A DNA stretch of 64,000 nucleotides from IMG/VR virus record IMGVR_UViG_3300031521_000020; one strand, given 5' to 3'. A program made the position numbers and the translations under genes. The notes under the pieces were generated by a model. That model was not told the DNA's origin. It was given only the letters and a program-made list of their open reading frames with translations, and made no database searches. Of this stretch, positions 56,820 through 64,000 are shown piece after piece (the stretch's first letter is position 1; each line of letters begins with the position of its first letter). Source of the stretch: an uncultured virus (IMG/VR IMGVR_UViG_3300031521_000020). Taxonomy: Duplodnaviria > Heunggongvirae > Uroviricota > Caudoviricetes.

Positions 56820-57668
56820 TTATAATTTAATAGTCTTAATATACTCTAAGTGCTCTTTACTCATTTGTACTCCTGAAAAGTTTGTTCTAAGGAAACAATC
56901 GATAACATCTTTATCAGATGCGTTTTCATCTAATTTTGCATAGCCAAGCAATTGGTGATTTAAAAATTGGTTTTGGGATGCTTTTGAAAATTCAGAATAA
57001 TAAAATCCTTTTGAATCTGGAAATTCATCCTGTAAAAACGATAGAATGCAGTTCAAACGTTGTTTTCCATCAACAATATCTTTATAACCAAACACCGTAT
57101 TTCCAAGTAATGCCTGTTGTCTATTCCATTCAAAACCACGTTCCCTTAAAATAACCTTACCTAAAGATATGTTGTTATAAATTGAATCAATAAATGATTG
57201 TTTATCCTCCAATGTCCAAACAAACTCTCGTTGATAATAAAATTTTGAACCATCAGATTGAATTACATATGGGTTCCAATTCAATTCTGGTACAGTAATT
57301 TCACCAATATTTTCATCTGGTTTAAATTTTCTTTCACGTCTATCAAAACCACAATCAAAAACAATTGATTCAAGTGAGAAATTAATGGTTTCTAAGCGAT
57401 ATGATGGTCTTACCATCGGGGAATAACCAACGTAATAAATACTTTTTCCTAAGTTGGATATGTGAACTTTATACGTTTTTTTATCTTTATAACCACCGAA
57501 CGCTTCCAAAACAACTTCATCACCATCAATCTCAATAATTTTAGCAGATGTTTTGGAAGATCCTCTATTACCTACCAAACGTTCGTCTACACTAACTACC
57601 TCACCAACTTTAAAAGGTTCTAAAAGTAGTTTTTCAATTTCAAGTTGTGTTCTGTTAATTTTTCCCAT
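56820..57668 (-). CDS. DUF262 (ParB/GmrS-like) domain protein
   Basis: YQREFVW....Q..IDSI, IVDGKQRL, F.R.N.SG. Confidence 0.85.
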   Translation of the reverse strand: MGKINRTQLEIEKLLLEPFKVGEVVSVDERLVGNRGSSKTSAKIIEIDGDEVVLEAFGGYKDKKTYKVHISNLGKSIYYVGYSPMVRPSYRLETINFSLESIVFDCGFDRRERKFKPDENIGEITVPELNWNPYVIQSDGSKFYYQREFVWTLEDKQSFIDSIYNNISLGKVILRERGFEWNRQQALLGNTVFGYKDIVDGKQRLNCILSFLQDEFPDSKGFYYSEFSKASQNQFLNHQLLGYAKLDENASDKDVIDCFLRTNFSGVQMSKEHLEYIKTIKL

Positions 57669-57682
57669 AATATTTACTATAT

Positions 57683-58126
57683 TTAAATTCCAAAAAGTTC
57701 ATTCAAAAGATCCGTCGCTGTGTTATATAAATTGTTCGGCCATTTTTCGATATCGCCATTAGGCTTAATCATTATTCTTTCTCCTTCAAACATTAGATAC
57801 CAACCAGACTCATATTCATTTCTAATTTGAATTCTTAAATATAAAAATTCGTTTGCTGTTAGAAACCCAATACTTTCATCATTTGGGGTAAAATGTTCCA
57901 CAACCTGTTCTTCAATTTTCATTGGTTTTGCCTTGCAAGAAGTAAATGTTTTATTACTTTCTTCTTTTATAATTTGTTTAATTAGTGAATCAACATCTTC
58001 AGTTGTAATAAATTTTTTACCAGAATTTTTTTGTAGTTGTAACTCCTTTTCAAGAGCGATAGAAATTCTTTCACGTAAAAATTTTTCATTACGGATTATT
58101 TTCTTTAATTCTAATTCTTTTGTCAT
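57683..58126 (-). CDS. hypothetical protein
   Basis: C-term I...G.I..WP..L. Confidence 0.7.
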   Translation of the reverse strand: MTKELELKKIIRNEKFLRERISIALEKELQLQKNSGKKFITTEDVDSLIKQIIKEESNKTFTSCKAKPMKIEEQVVEHFTPNDESIGFLTANEFLYLRIQIRNEYESGWYLMFEGERIMIKPNGDIEKWPNNLYNTATDLLNELFGI

Positions 58127-58158
58127 AATATATTTTAATTTAAATTTATTTTATAATA

Positions 58159-58190
58159 CAAAGATAATTTATTTAATTGGACTAGTAAAA
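58159..58190 (-). promoter_or_regulatory. Bacteroidetes-type promoter (weak -33)
   Basis: TATCTTTG -7 element. Confidence 0.55.
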
Positions 58191-58211
58191 TGAAATTTGT
58201 TAAAATATTAT

Positions 58212-58694
58212 TTAATTTACTATGAATTTAATATCATCATCTTGATCAATTATAATTTCGGCACCATCAAGATGTTCAAAACATCCACACCAAAAGCACC
58301 CTATCTGCATAGGTGTTTTATTATCTGTAATAAATATTATACATCTTGAGGCCATATCAACATCTATTACAACCTTAAAGTTGTCCACCCCAATTCTATC
58401 AGCTTCCTCTTTAGTAATGATACAGTTATTTTTTATATTTAATAACTTATTTTCCCCAGAAACAAACCAATCTTTATTTTTATATTCATTTACTATATCG
58501 AATTGACTTATATTATTAAAATAGCTATTTAGTCTTTGATACATTTCGTAATGCTCTTTAATTCTACCCAAATTTTTTTTAGCTACTTCAATATCATCCC
58601 ATTCAAGGTCGATAAGGTCAGATTCATAACTGTTACTAAAACTATCTCCAGTACTATAGTCTATTTTTATTCTATATTTTCCCATGATCAACAT
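58212..58694 (-). CDS. hypothetical protein
   Basis: Y.TGDSF..., FWCG.FE.L. Confidence 0.75.
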   Translation of the reverse strand: MLIMGKYRIKIDYSTGDSFSNSYESDLIDLEWDDIEVAKKNLGRIKEHYEMYQRLNSYFNNISQFDIVNEYKNKDWFVSGENKLLNIKNNCIITKEEADRIGVDNFKVVIDVDMASRCIIFITDNKTPMQIGCFWCGCFEHLDGAEIIIDQDDDIKFIVN

Positions 58695-58728
58695 TTTTAG
58701 TTTATTTTAGGTACTCATTTGAGTATTA

Positions 58729-59016
58729 TTAATTAGCTTTTGATATAATTGTATCGGTTACTTGTTTGATTTCCACCTTATATTCTATTTTGCCTTTTTG
58801 GTAGTCAACTTGACCTTTTTGGTATCCTTTTTCAAAGCCATCCTTATATGATGTTTTTGATGTTATTCCACCAACAATTACCGAAAAAAGAAGCATAATC
58901 ACAAATACTATCATAGCCGTATTATATTTACCATTTTTGTTATCGTTATCAACCATAACACCAGAGGCTATGGCACACAATAATACTAATCCAGCGAAAA
59001 TATACATTAATATCAT
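58729..59016 (-). CDS. hypothetical membrane protein
   Basis: Two TM; GxxxG repeats. Confidence 0.7.
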   Translation of the reverse strand: MILMYIFAGLVLLCAIASGVMVDNDNKNGKYNTAMIVFVIMLLFSVIVGGITSKTSYKDGFEKGYQKGQVDYQKGKIEYKVEIKQVTDTIISKAN

Positions 59017-59357
59017 ACGTTTAATTGTTTTAAAAGGTTATGATATTCGTTTTCAGTTCCAATAAAGTTAATCCAATTAGGTAAATCCAATTGTGTGTAA
59101 TCCGAAACATCATATTCCTCCCAACCCATCATTTTAATTAGTAATCTACAGGCTTGTTTTTCTTTTGTTTTATTTAATAATTCCGTATGATAGGCTATTT
59201 CAGCCTCTTCATTTTTAATTGACCAATCAAGAATATATAGTTTATTATCTACCTGTATTTTTTGTGGTAAATTAAAAACCAAATCACCTATTTTTTTTGA
59301 TAACATTTCTCTAATATTTTGGTTTTCTAAACCATTGTGAATTTCGCTTAGTTTCAT
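59013..59357 (-). CDS. hypothetical protein
   Basis: ORF; start trimmed to MKLSEI. Confidence 0.65.
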   Translation of the reverse strand: MKLSEIHNGLENQNIREMLSKKIGDLVFNLPQKIQVDNKLYILDWSIKNEEAEIAYHTELLNKTKEKQACRLLIKMMGWEEYDVSDYTQLDLPNWINFIGTENEYHNLLKQLNV

Positions 59358-59527
59358 ATATTTATATAATTTTAAAGAAGTGATTAATAATAGCAAAAGA
59401 TATTAAAACAACCGCAATTGCGTTTAATATAAGAACATAGTAATATTTTTTCTTAATATCAACATAAACACTCAAAATATTAAGAATTAAACCTAAAATT
59501 AAAATGAATAATACCATATAATATTGT

Positions 59528-59821
59528 TTATTTAAAATATTTGTTGTTTAAAAAATCTTGAATGATGTAGTCGGGGTATTTTCCAAATTCTAATTGTTCA
59601 AGTCTGAAATTGTGAAGTAGTTTATAATCTTCATAATACTTTTCCAATAGATTTTTACGATCCATATAATCTTGTTCATAGATCCAATTAGATTCCTTAT
59701 CACAATATTCTGATCCTTTCCGATAATAACCAGCATAGCCACTACTACGACCAAACTCCCAATCATTTTCATTAAATAAAAGAATTTCTTCTTTTGTATA
59801 TTTTTTCTCTATATTTTTCAT
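59528..59821 (-). CDS. hypothetical protein
   Basis: ORF. Confidence 0.7.
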   Translation of the reverse strand: MKNIEKKYTKEEILLFNENDWEFGRSSGYAGYYRKGSEYCDKESNWIYEQDYMDRKNLLEKYYEDYKLLHNFRLEQLEFGKYPDYIIQDFLNNKYFK

Positions 59822-60078
59822 TTTATTAGTAGTTTTTTTATTTCGGTTTCTAATTCAGTTTGTATTCTCATATTATAGTCACAAATAGCTATTTCAAGCT
59901 CATTCCATTGATCGGGTCCTGCAGTGAATAGTTCGGTTCTAAAATAGTTTTCGAACTCTTTAAGCCCCGTTAAACTAAGTTTAATTGATATTACACTATC
60001 AATATCATTAAACAGTTTTTCTTTAACTGTGAGTTTTTTCTTTTTCAGCATACTCAATTGGGTATTTTGGTAACACAA
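59818..60078 (-). CDS. hypothetical protein
   Basis: ORF. Confidence 0.6.
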   Translation of the reverse strand: MCYQNTQLSMLKKKKLTVKEKLFNDIDSVISIKLSLTGLKEFENYFRTELFTAGPDQWNELEIAICDYNMRIQTELETEIKKLLIK

Positions 60079-60293
60079 TTAGTGAAATGCGCTCTTGATA
60101 TTCTATTACCTATTTTAATGTCACAAACCTGATCAGAATAACCAAAAATACTGTGATAGATATAAACCTTATCGACAATACCAATAGGGTAATGTTTTGG
60201 ATTAGTTCCAGATGCATCTTTATCAATTGAAACTTGAAAACAATCGTAAAATTTAACTTTATTGCCTTTTATTATATTCTGTTGTTCCATCAT
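60054..60293 (-). CDS. hypothetical protein
   Basis: ORF. Confidence 0.65.
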   Translation of the reverse strand: MMEQQNIIKGNKVKFYDCFQVSIDKDASGTNPKHYPIGIVDKVYIYHSIFGYSDQVCDIKIGNRISRAHFTNCVTKIPN

Positions 60294-60294
60294 C

Positions 60295-60573
60295 TTATCT
60301 TATATTTAAAAGATTTTTGATTTTGGTGTTATGTTCCCAAATAGCATTATAAGCTGATATGTCTTTGGCATACCATATAATTCCCCGAATATTTGTTAAA
60401 TCATATTTCAGGTTAATATCATTACCATAAAATTCGTAACCCTCTTCATCGTAGATAATAACATGTTTATCATCATTTTCATCCGTTTTTACACATTTAA
60501 AAGAAAACAACGTTTCTAAAATTTCACTTTGATCTTCGACTGATAATCTTCTATCTAAAATATTTGTTTTCAT
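60295..60573 (-). CDS. hypothetical protein
   Basis: ORF. Confidence 0.65.
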   Translation of the reverse strand: MKTNILDRRLSVEDQSEILETLFSFKCVKTDENDDKHVIIYDEEGYEFYGNDINLKYDLTNIRGIIWYAKDISAYNAIWEHNTKIKNLLNIR

Positions 60574-60587
60574 AAAATATTAGTATT

Positions 60588-60920
60588 TTAATATAAGTTT
60601 TCGGAAATTAATTCACTAAATTCTCCATTCTCTGTTGCTTCTAACCCAAATCTAATTTGTTTATTTTTTTTAGCTATAAACCACGCTTCACGTCTTGAAA
60701 CAAACCTATTTTCAGATGTTAAAAATCCCTGCTCATCTCTATCGGGTAAATCATCAATATTATAATCATCACCAATATTCAATATACCTTTCAAAATAGC
60801 ATAACAATCTCCATGTCTTCTCCCACAAACAATTACACCATCTTCAACCCCATATACGGTTGTTTCAGCACCATTTTTATAATGAATAGCTGCACATAAT
60901 ATAAATTCTTTATTGTTCAT
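60588..60920 (-). CDS. hypothetical conserved phage protein
   Basis: ILCAAI, G.RH..C, QGFLTS.NRFV.R.EA..IA, L.SE.LY. Confidence 0.8.
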   Translation of the reverse strand: MNNKEFILCAAIHYKNGAETTVYGVEDGVIVCGRRHGDCYAILKGILNIGDDYNIDDLPDRDEQGFLTSENRFVSRREAWFIAKKNKQIRFGLEATENGEFSELISENLY

Positions 60921-61239
60921 TTGTATCTTTATTATTTTTTAAAAAAATTGGTCTATAATAAGCCATGAAATTAGTTAAATCATTTTCAGTCCAATCTTTG
61001 AACATTTCATAGATTTCTAATAATGAATACTGTAAATTATAAAATTTTACATACCCATTAAAAGATCTTTCGAGTTCATCTAATTTAAGGTTATTATCTT
61101 TTAAAACATCTTTATAATAAAAAGAATAAGCAATTAAGTCCATATTAAAAAATTCCTTAATATTCAAAACATCGAAAAATTCTTTTTTGAACTCATCCGT
61201 AGGTTCAATAAAATTAATCGTACTAAATGTTGTTTCCAT
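60910..61239 (-). CDS. hypothetical protein
   Basis: ORF after promoter. Confidence 0.65.
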   Translation of the reverse strand: METTFSTINFIEPTDEFKKEFFDVLNIKEFFNMDLIAYSFYYKDVLKDNNLKLDELERSFNGYVKFYNLQYSLLEIYEMFKDWTENDLTNFMAYYRPIFLKNNKDTNEQ

Positions 61240-61269
61240 AATATAATTTTCTTCTTTAAATTTCTAATA

Positions 61270-61300
61270 CAAAGATACGTAAAGGTATTGGATTAACAAA
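61270..61300 (-). promoter_or_regulatory. Bacteroidetes-type promoter
   Basis: TTTG-N19-TATCTTTG. Confidence 0.75.
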
Positions 61301-61312
61301 ATAAATTAACAA

Positions 61313-61510
61313 TTAAATTCGTTGATTTTTCTCATTAATTTCATCAACCAAACGTTCTAGTTCAACTACAAACGTTTTATAACAATGAAGTTTAGCACTC
61401 AAACGATTAATATTAACATTATCTTCTTTACATTTAGAAGATTTTAATTGACTTTCAATATTTGAACTTCGTCTCTGATAATCTTCTATTAAATTATTTA
61501 TTTTTTGCAT
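61313..61510 (-). CDS. hypothetical protein
   Basis: ORF. Confidence 0.65.
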   Translation of the reverse strand: MQKINNLIEDYQRRSSNIESQLKSSKCKEDNVNINRLSAKLHCYKTFVVELERLVDEINEKNQRI

Positions 61511-61511
61511 T

Positions 61512-61700
61512 TTATTTGCTTATTTTTAAGTTTGTAGTTTCATTAACATATTCTATAAAATCCTCAATATTTCCACCAACCTGTTCTAAAAAATATTCCC
61601 AAGTCGGTATAAGGTCGTCATACCAATCAATTGTCAGTAAATTTACCTGTGCAATAATTTCGTCCGTTTCAGGATCTTTAAGGTTTACTTTCTTTTTCAT
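61512..61700 (-). CDS. hypothetical protein
   Basis: ORF. Confidence 0.65.
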   Translation of the reverse strand: MKKKVNLKDPETDEIIAQVNLLTIDWYDDLIPTWEYFLEQVGGNIEDFIEYVNETTNLKISK

Positions 61701-62020
61701 GATTCTACATCTTTTACTTTTATTGATTTAAAATACGTATACAATTCAATTTCTTTTTTCTGTAATTCATCAATATCTAATAATATTCTTTTAAGTTCTT
61801 TTAGAAAAGAATCTTCAATTAGTTTTTCATCCTCAATAAATGACCAATTAAGATTATATCCATTATTAGAACCTGATGGGTTGGACTGTCCCCAGTCTTC
61901 CACTATTTCATCGATTTCCGATACAGTTTTTGAATCATCATATATAACAACATAGTGATCAAAACTTCTAGCACTAAGATATTTAGTTATTTTTATTAGT
62001 CTCATATTTTTGTTCTTCAA
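61697..62020 (-). CDS. hypothetical protein
   Basis: ORF. Confidence 0.65.
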   Translation of the reverse strand: MKNKNMRLIKITKYLSARSFDHYVVIYDDSKTVSEIDEIVEDWGQSNPSGSNNGYNLNWSFIEDEKLIEDSFLKELKRILLDIDELQKKEIELYTYFKSIKVKDVES

Positions 62021-62201
62021 ATATTTTTGATAATTTATCTGCTTTTAATTTCAGGCTTGAACATGTCGTTCTAATACAAGAAACTATGTCACCCAAATGG
62101 CCATCTTTTTTATTTATTAAATTCATTAAATTAATAATATCATCCATTATTAAACCACTCTCTTCTGGAAATTCCTGTAGCCCGTTTTGTGTTACTTTCA
62201 T
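61983..62201 (-). CDS. hypothetical protein
   Basis: ORF. Confidence 0.6.
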   Translation of the reverse strand: MKVTQNGLQEFPEESGLIMDDIINLMNLINKKDGHLGDIVSCIRTTCSSLKLKADKLSKIFEEQKYETNKNN

Positions 62202-62204
62202 ATT

Positions 62205-62633
62205 CTATAAATTTTTTAAGTAAATGTAGTACTTGTGGTATTTCTTTAAACGCACAATGTCCTTTTCAGTCAATTCAGGTAATCTTGTAATATCCATATT
62301 GTCCTCTAAGTCAGCTAATTTAATCTTAATAGCATCCTTATCCATTGCAACCCTATCAATATAATCTTTATATGGTTCATATTCTTTATGCGTTAAAATA
62401 CTAACTAAATTAACAACACGAGGACTTACATATTCACCCAACTTTTCAGGTGTCCAACCTTTTATGTCTTCCAAAAGATCATAACAAAAAGCAGCTTCTT
62501 TTAACTCATAATCTTCGCTATAATAGACCATCACTTTATCGGCAACCCTATTTAGATGGTAAACATATGGACTTCCACCCTTATCAACTTTATTACCAAA
62601 TGCTTTTGTAACTATTCTAAAAATGTCTTCCAT
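62205..62633 (-). CDS. Small alarmone hydrolase-like (SpoT/Mesh1 HD) protein with YD in place of HD
   Basis: DKGG.PY..HL.RVA, AAFCYDLLED, V..LTH, IKLADL.DN. Confidence 0.8.
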   Translation of the reverse strand: MEDIFRIVTKAFGNKVDKGGSPYVYHLNRVADKVMVYYSEDYELKEAAFCYDLLEDIKGWTPEKLGEYVSPRVVNLVSILTHKEYEPYKDYIDRVAMDKDAIKIKLADLEDNMDITRLPELTEKDIVRLKKYHKYYIYLKNL

Positions 62634-62647
62634 ATTAATATATTTTA

Positions 62648-62920
62648 TTAAATGCTTTCTTCGTTTCCATAGAACCCTGTATCATAAATTGTGAAATTAA
62701 ATTCTGAATATTTACCAACTTCATCTGCATCACCACTTTGTTCAAAACTTCTACGAATAGATCCATTTGAATAAACATTAATAGTACCTAGACATATACA
62801 AACCTCTAAAGTTTCGGGCATATTATCAACTACACGTTTTAAACGCCGACACCATTTTTCTTCTTCCGTCATAATATTATTTTTGTGAGTTCTTATTTGA
62901 TAATATGGCAAGTTTTCCAT
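62648..62920 (-). CDS. hypothetical protein
   Basis: ORF; real start probably near 62872. Confidence 0.6.
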   Translation of the reverse strand: MENLPYYQIRTHKNNIMTEEEKWCRRLKRVVDNMPETLEVCICLGTINVYSNGSIRRSFEQSGDADEVGKYSEFNFTIYDTGFYGNEESI

Positions 62921-63224
62921 CTACATCTAATCTTCCACCCCACCATCCGAGACTAAACCATCCACCATCTAAGGTTCTAACAAAAATAATTTCCTCGTAT
63001 TTTATTTCTATATATTCCGTTTCTAAAAGTCCTTTAACAAAATAGTCTGTTTCTTTAGAATATAACCAATAACACTGTTCAACCTCACTTTTCCAAATAC
63101 AAAGTGTTGTATCATCAATATCTTTAAATGGAATTATCTCTGTAATTTCAACAGTCAACCGTCTACTTTCCCATATTTTTCCATCATCAAAGTAATTGTA
63201 TTTTTTACCTATTTCTATTTCCAT
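62877..63224 (-). CDS. hypothetical conserved phage protein
   Basis: Y..FDDGKI..SR, WLY..TD, FVRT..GGWFS, G.LDVDG. Confidence 0.8.
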   Translation of the reverse strand: MEIEIGKKYNYFDDGKIWESRRLTVEITEIIPFKDIDDTTLCIWKSEVEQCYWLYSKETDYFVKGLLETEYIEIKYEEIIFVRTLDGGWFSLGWWGGRLDVDGKLAILSNKNSQK

Positions 63225-63284
63225 ATCAGTATATTTTTTTTACTTAATATTAATCATTTATTTATTTATTTATTGATTAGGCAA

Positions 63285-63316
63285 CAAAGATATTATAAAA
63301 CATTTACTTGTAAAAA
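63285..63316 (-). promoter_or_regulatory. Bacteroidetes-type promoter (weak -33)
   Basis: TATCTTTG -7 element. Confidence 0.5.
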
Positions 63317-63382
63317 TTTAATTTGTTAAAATATATTAAAAAACCACAAAATAAAATATAATGTGGTTAAATCAACTAAAAT

Positions 63383-63766
63383 TTAATGTATTTTTGGTTT
63401 GTTTTTTTTTTTCGGGTAAAGCTCTTTGTATTTATCCTTAATGAGATAATAAGATTTTGTCCACCTAATAATCATATACGTAGTCCTTTTATCACCTAAC
63501 TCTCCACATCTAATAATATAAGGAAAGATTAAAGTTGACATTGAATTCGATATATACTGCGCATTCAATCTTGACTTTCCTTTTAAATCTATCATCGAAC
63601 TTAAAATTGAAGATGTACTAACATCAAGTTCTTCAATTAATAAATTCACACCATTTCCATGGATAAAATGATAGCCATTTACCAATATATTCGTAATTTC
63701 AATAATGACTAAGATAATTGAAATATCTATAAGTATCCATAAAATTATAACTTTTATTATTTCCAT
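63383..63766 (-). CDS. hypothetical membrane protein
   Basis: N-term TM. Confidence 0.65.
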   Translation of the reverse strand: MEIIKVIILWILIDISIILVIIEITNILVNGYHFIHGNGVNLLIEELDVSTSSILSSMIDLKGKSRLNAQYISNSMSTLIFPYIIRCGELGDKRTTYMIIRWTKSYYLIKDKYKELYPKKKNKPKIH

Positions 63767-63779
63767 ATGTTTATTTATT

Positions 63780-63995
63780 TTAAATTATATGTTCTATTTT
63801 TAAATTTTTCTTTTTATAACAATTTTTTATCATTTTACTTCTTATATGTTGTAATAAAGGTATTGGTAAATTATTCTTTATTATCGTTCGATTATTACCC
63901 TCTATTAATACAAGTGAACCGTGAGTAGGTTTGATAATTTCAAATGGTTTAGGTGGCTTTATATAGCCTGAATTAACCATTTTGAATTCGTTCAA
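63780..63995 (-). CDS. hypothetical protein (possibly 5'-truncated)
   Basis: ORF at window edge. Confidence 0.5.
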   Translation of the reverse strand: MNEFKMVNSGYIKPPKPFEIIKPTHGSLVLIEGNNRTIIKNNLPIPLLQHIRSKMIKNCYKKKNLKIEHII

Positions 63996-64000
63996 TTCAA

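Noticed and set aside
1119..61731. Antisense or alternate-frame ORFs in the track (e.g. 1119-1361, 2530-2751, 6145-6567, 18962-19324, 24772-25065, 32143-32541, 47655-47915, 57933-58193)
   Set aside because: They overlap well-supported genes and have shadow-ORF composition with no motifs
63256..63274. (ATTT)n microsatellite
   Set aside because: Short low-complexity run expected in AT-rich intergenic DNA
1..64000. Alternative genetic code (TAG or TGA reassignment, as in some Bacteroidetes phages)
   Set aside because: Long genes are intact under code 11, and TAG/TGA end genes at natural boundaries (e.g. 4980, 28716, 40977, 45402)
1..64000. tRNA genes, CRISPR array, rRNA
   Set aside because: No cloverleaf/T-loop signatures or regularly spaced direct repeats seen by eye; gaps are short and mostly explained by promoters and terminators (tRNAscan and a CRISPR finder would confirm)

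Overview
Very AT-rich, densely coding segment that reads as part of a large (jumbo-type) dsDNA phage infecting Bacteroidota. About 16 copies of the Bacteroidetes housekeeping-sigma promoter (TTG/TTTG-N19-20-TAnnTTTG) head clusters of short ORFs, and no structural or cellular core genes are seen. Genes run on + up to 10082 and almost entirely on - afterwards. Recognisable products: ClpB/C ATPase (partial), TnpB with an IS605-type right end, 5'-3' flap exonuclease, two orphan methyltransferases, CCA-adding/HD enzyme, an NARP1-like NAD+ reconstitution pair (PRPP-synthetase-like + NAMPT-like) split by a kinase-HAD fusion, macrodomain, RlmN-like radical SAM protein, Rnl2 RNA ligase, Acb1-like 2H phosphodiesterase, metallophosphoesterases, N-formylglutamate amidohydrolase, MORC-type GHKL ATPase, DUF262 protein and several free-standing endonucleases, two of them in RHH+endonuclease cassettes. 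Most unexplained signals: (i) a 710 aa + 125 aa gene pair with a perfect 30-bp upstream palindrome and a ~190-nt strongly structured, possibly pseudoknotted 3' RNA; (ii) a monocistronic 290 aa gene whose 5' leader and 3' trailer form a 15-bp long-range helix; (iii) a second promoter-like motif (TATTTAT) ahead of proteins with L/I-x-E leaders that may be virion-packaged cargo. All protein family calls are by motif recognition only; no database search was run.
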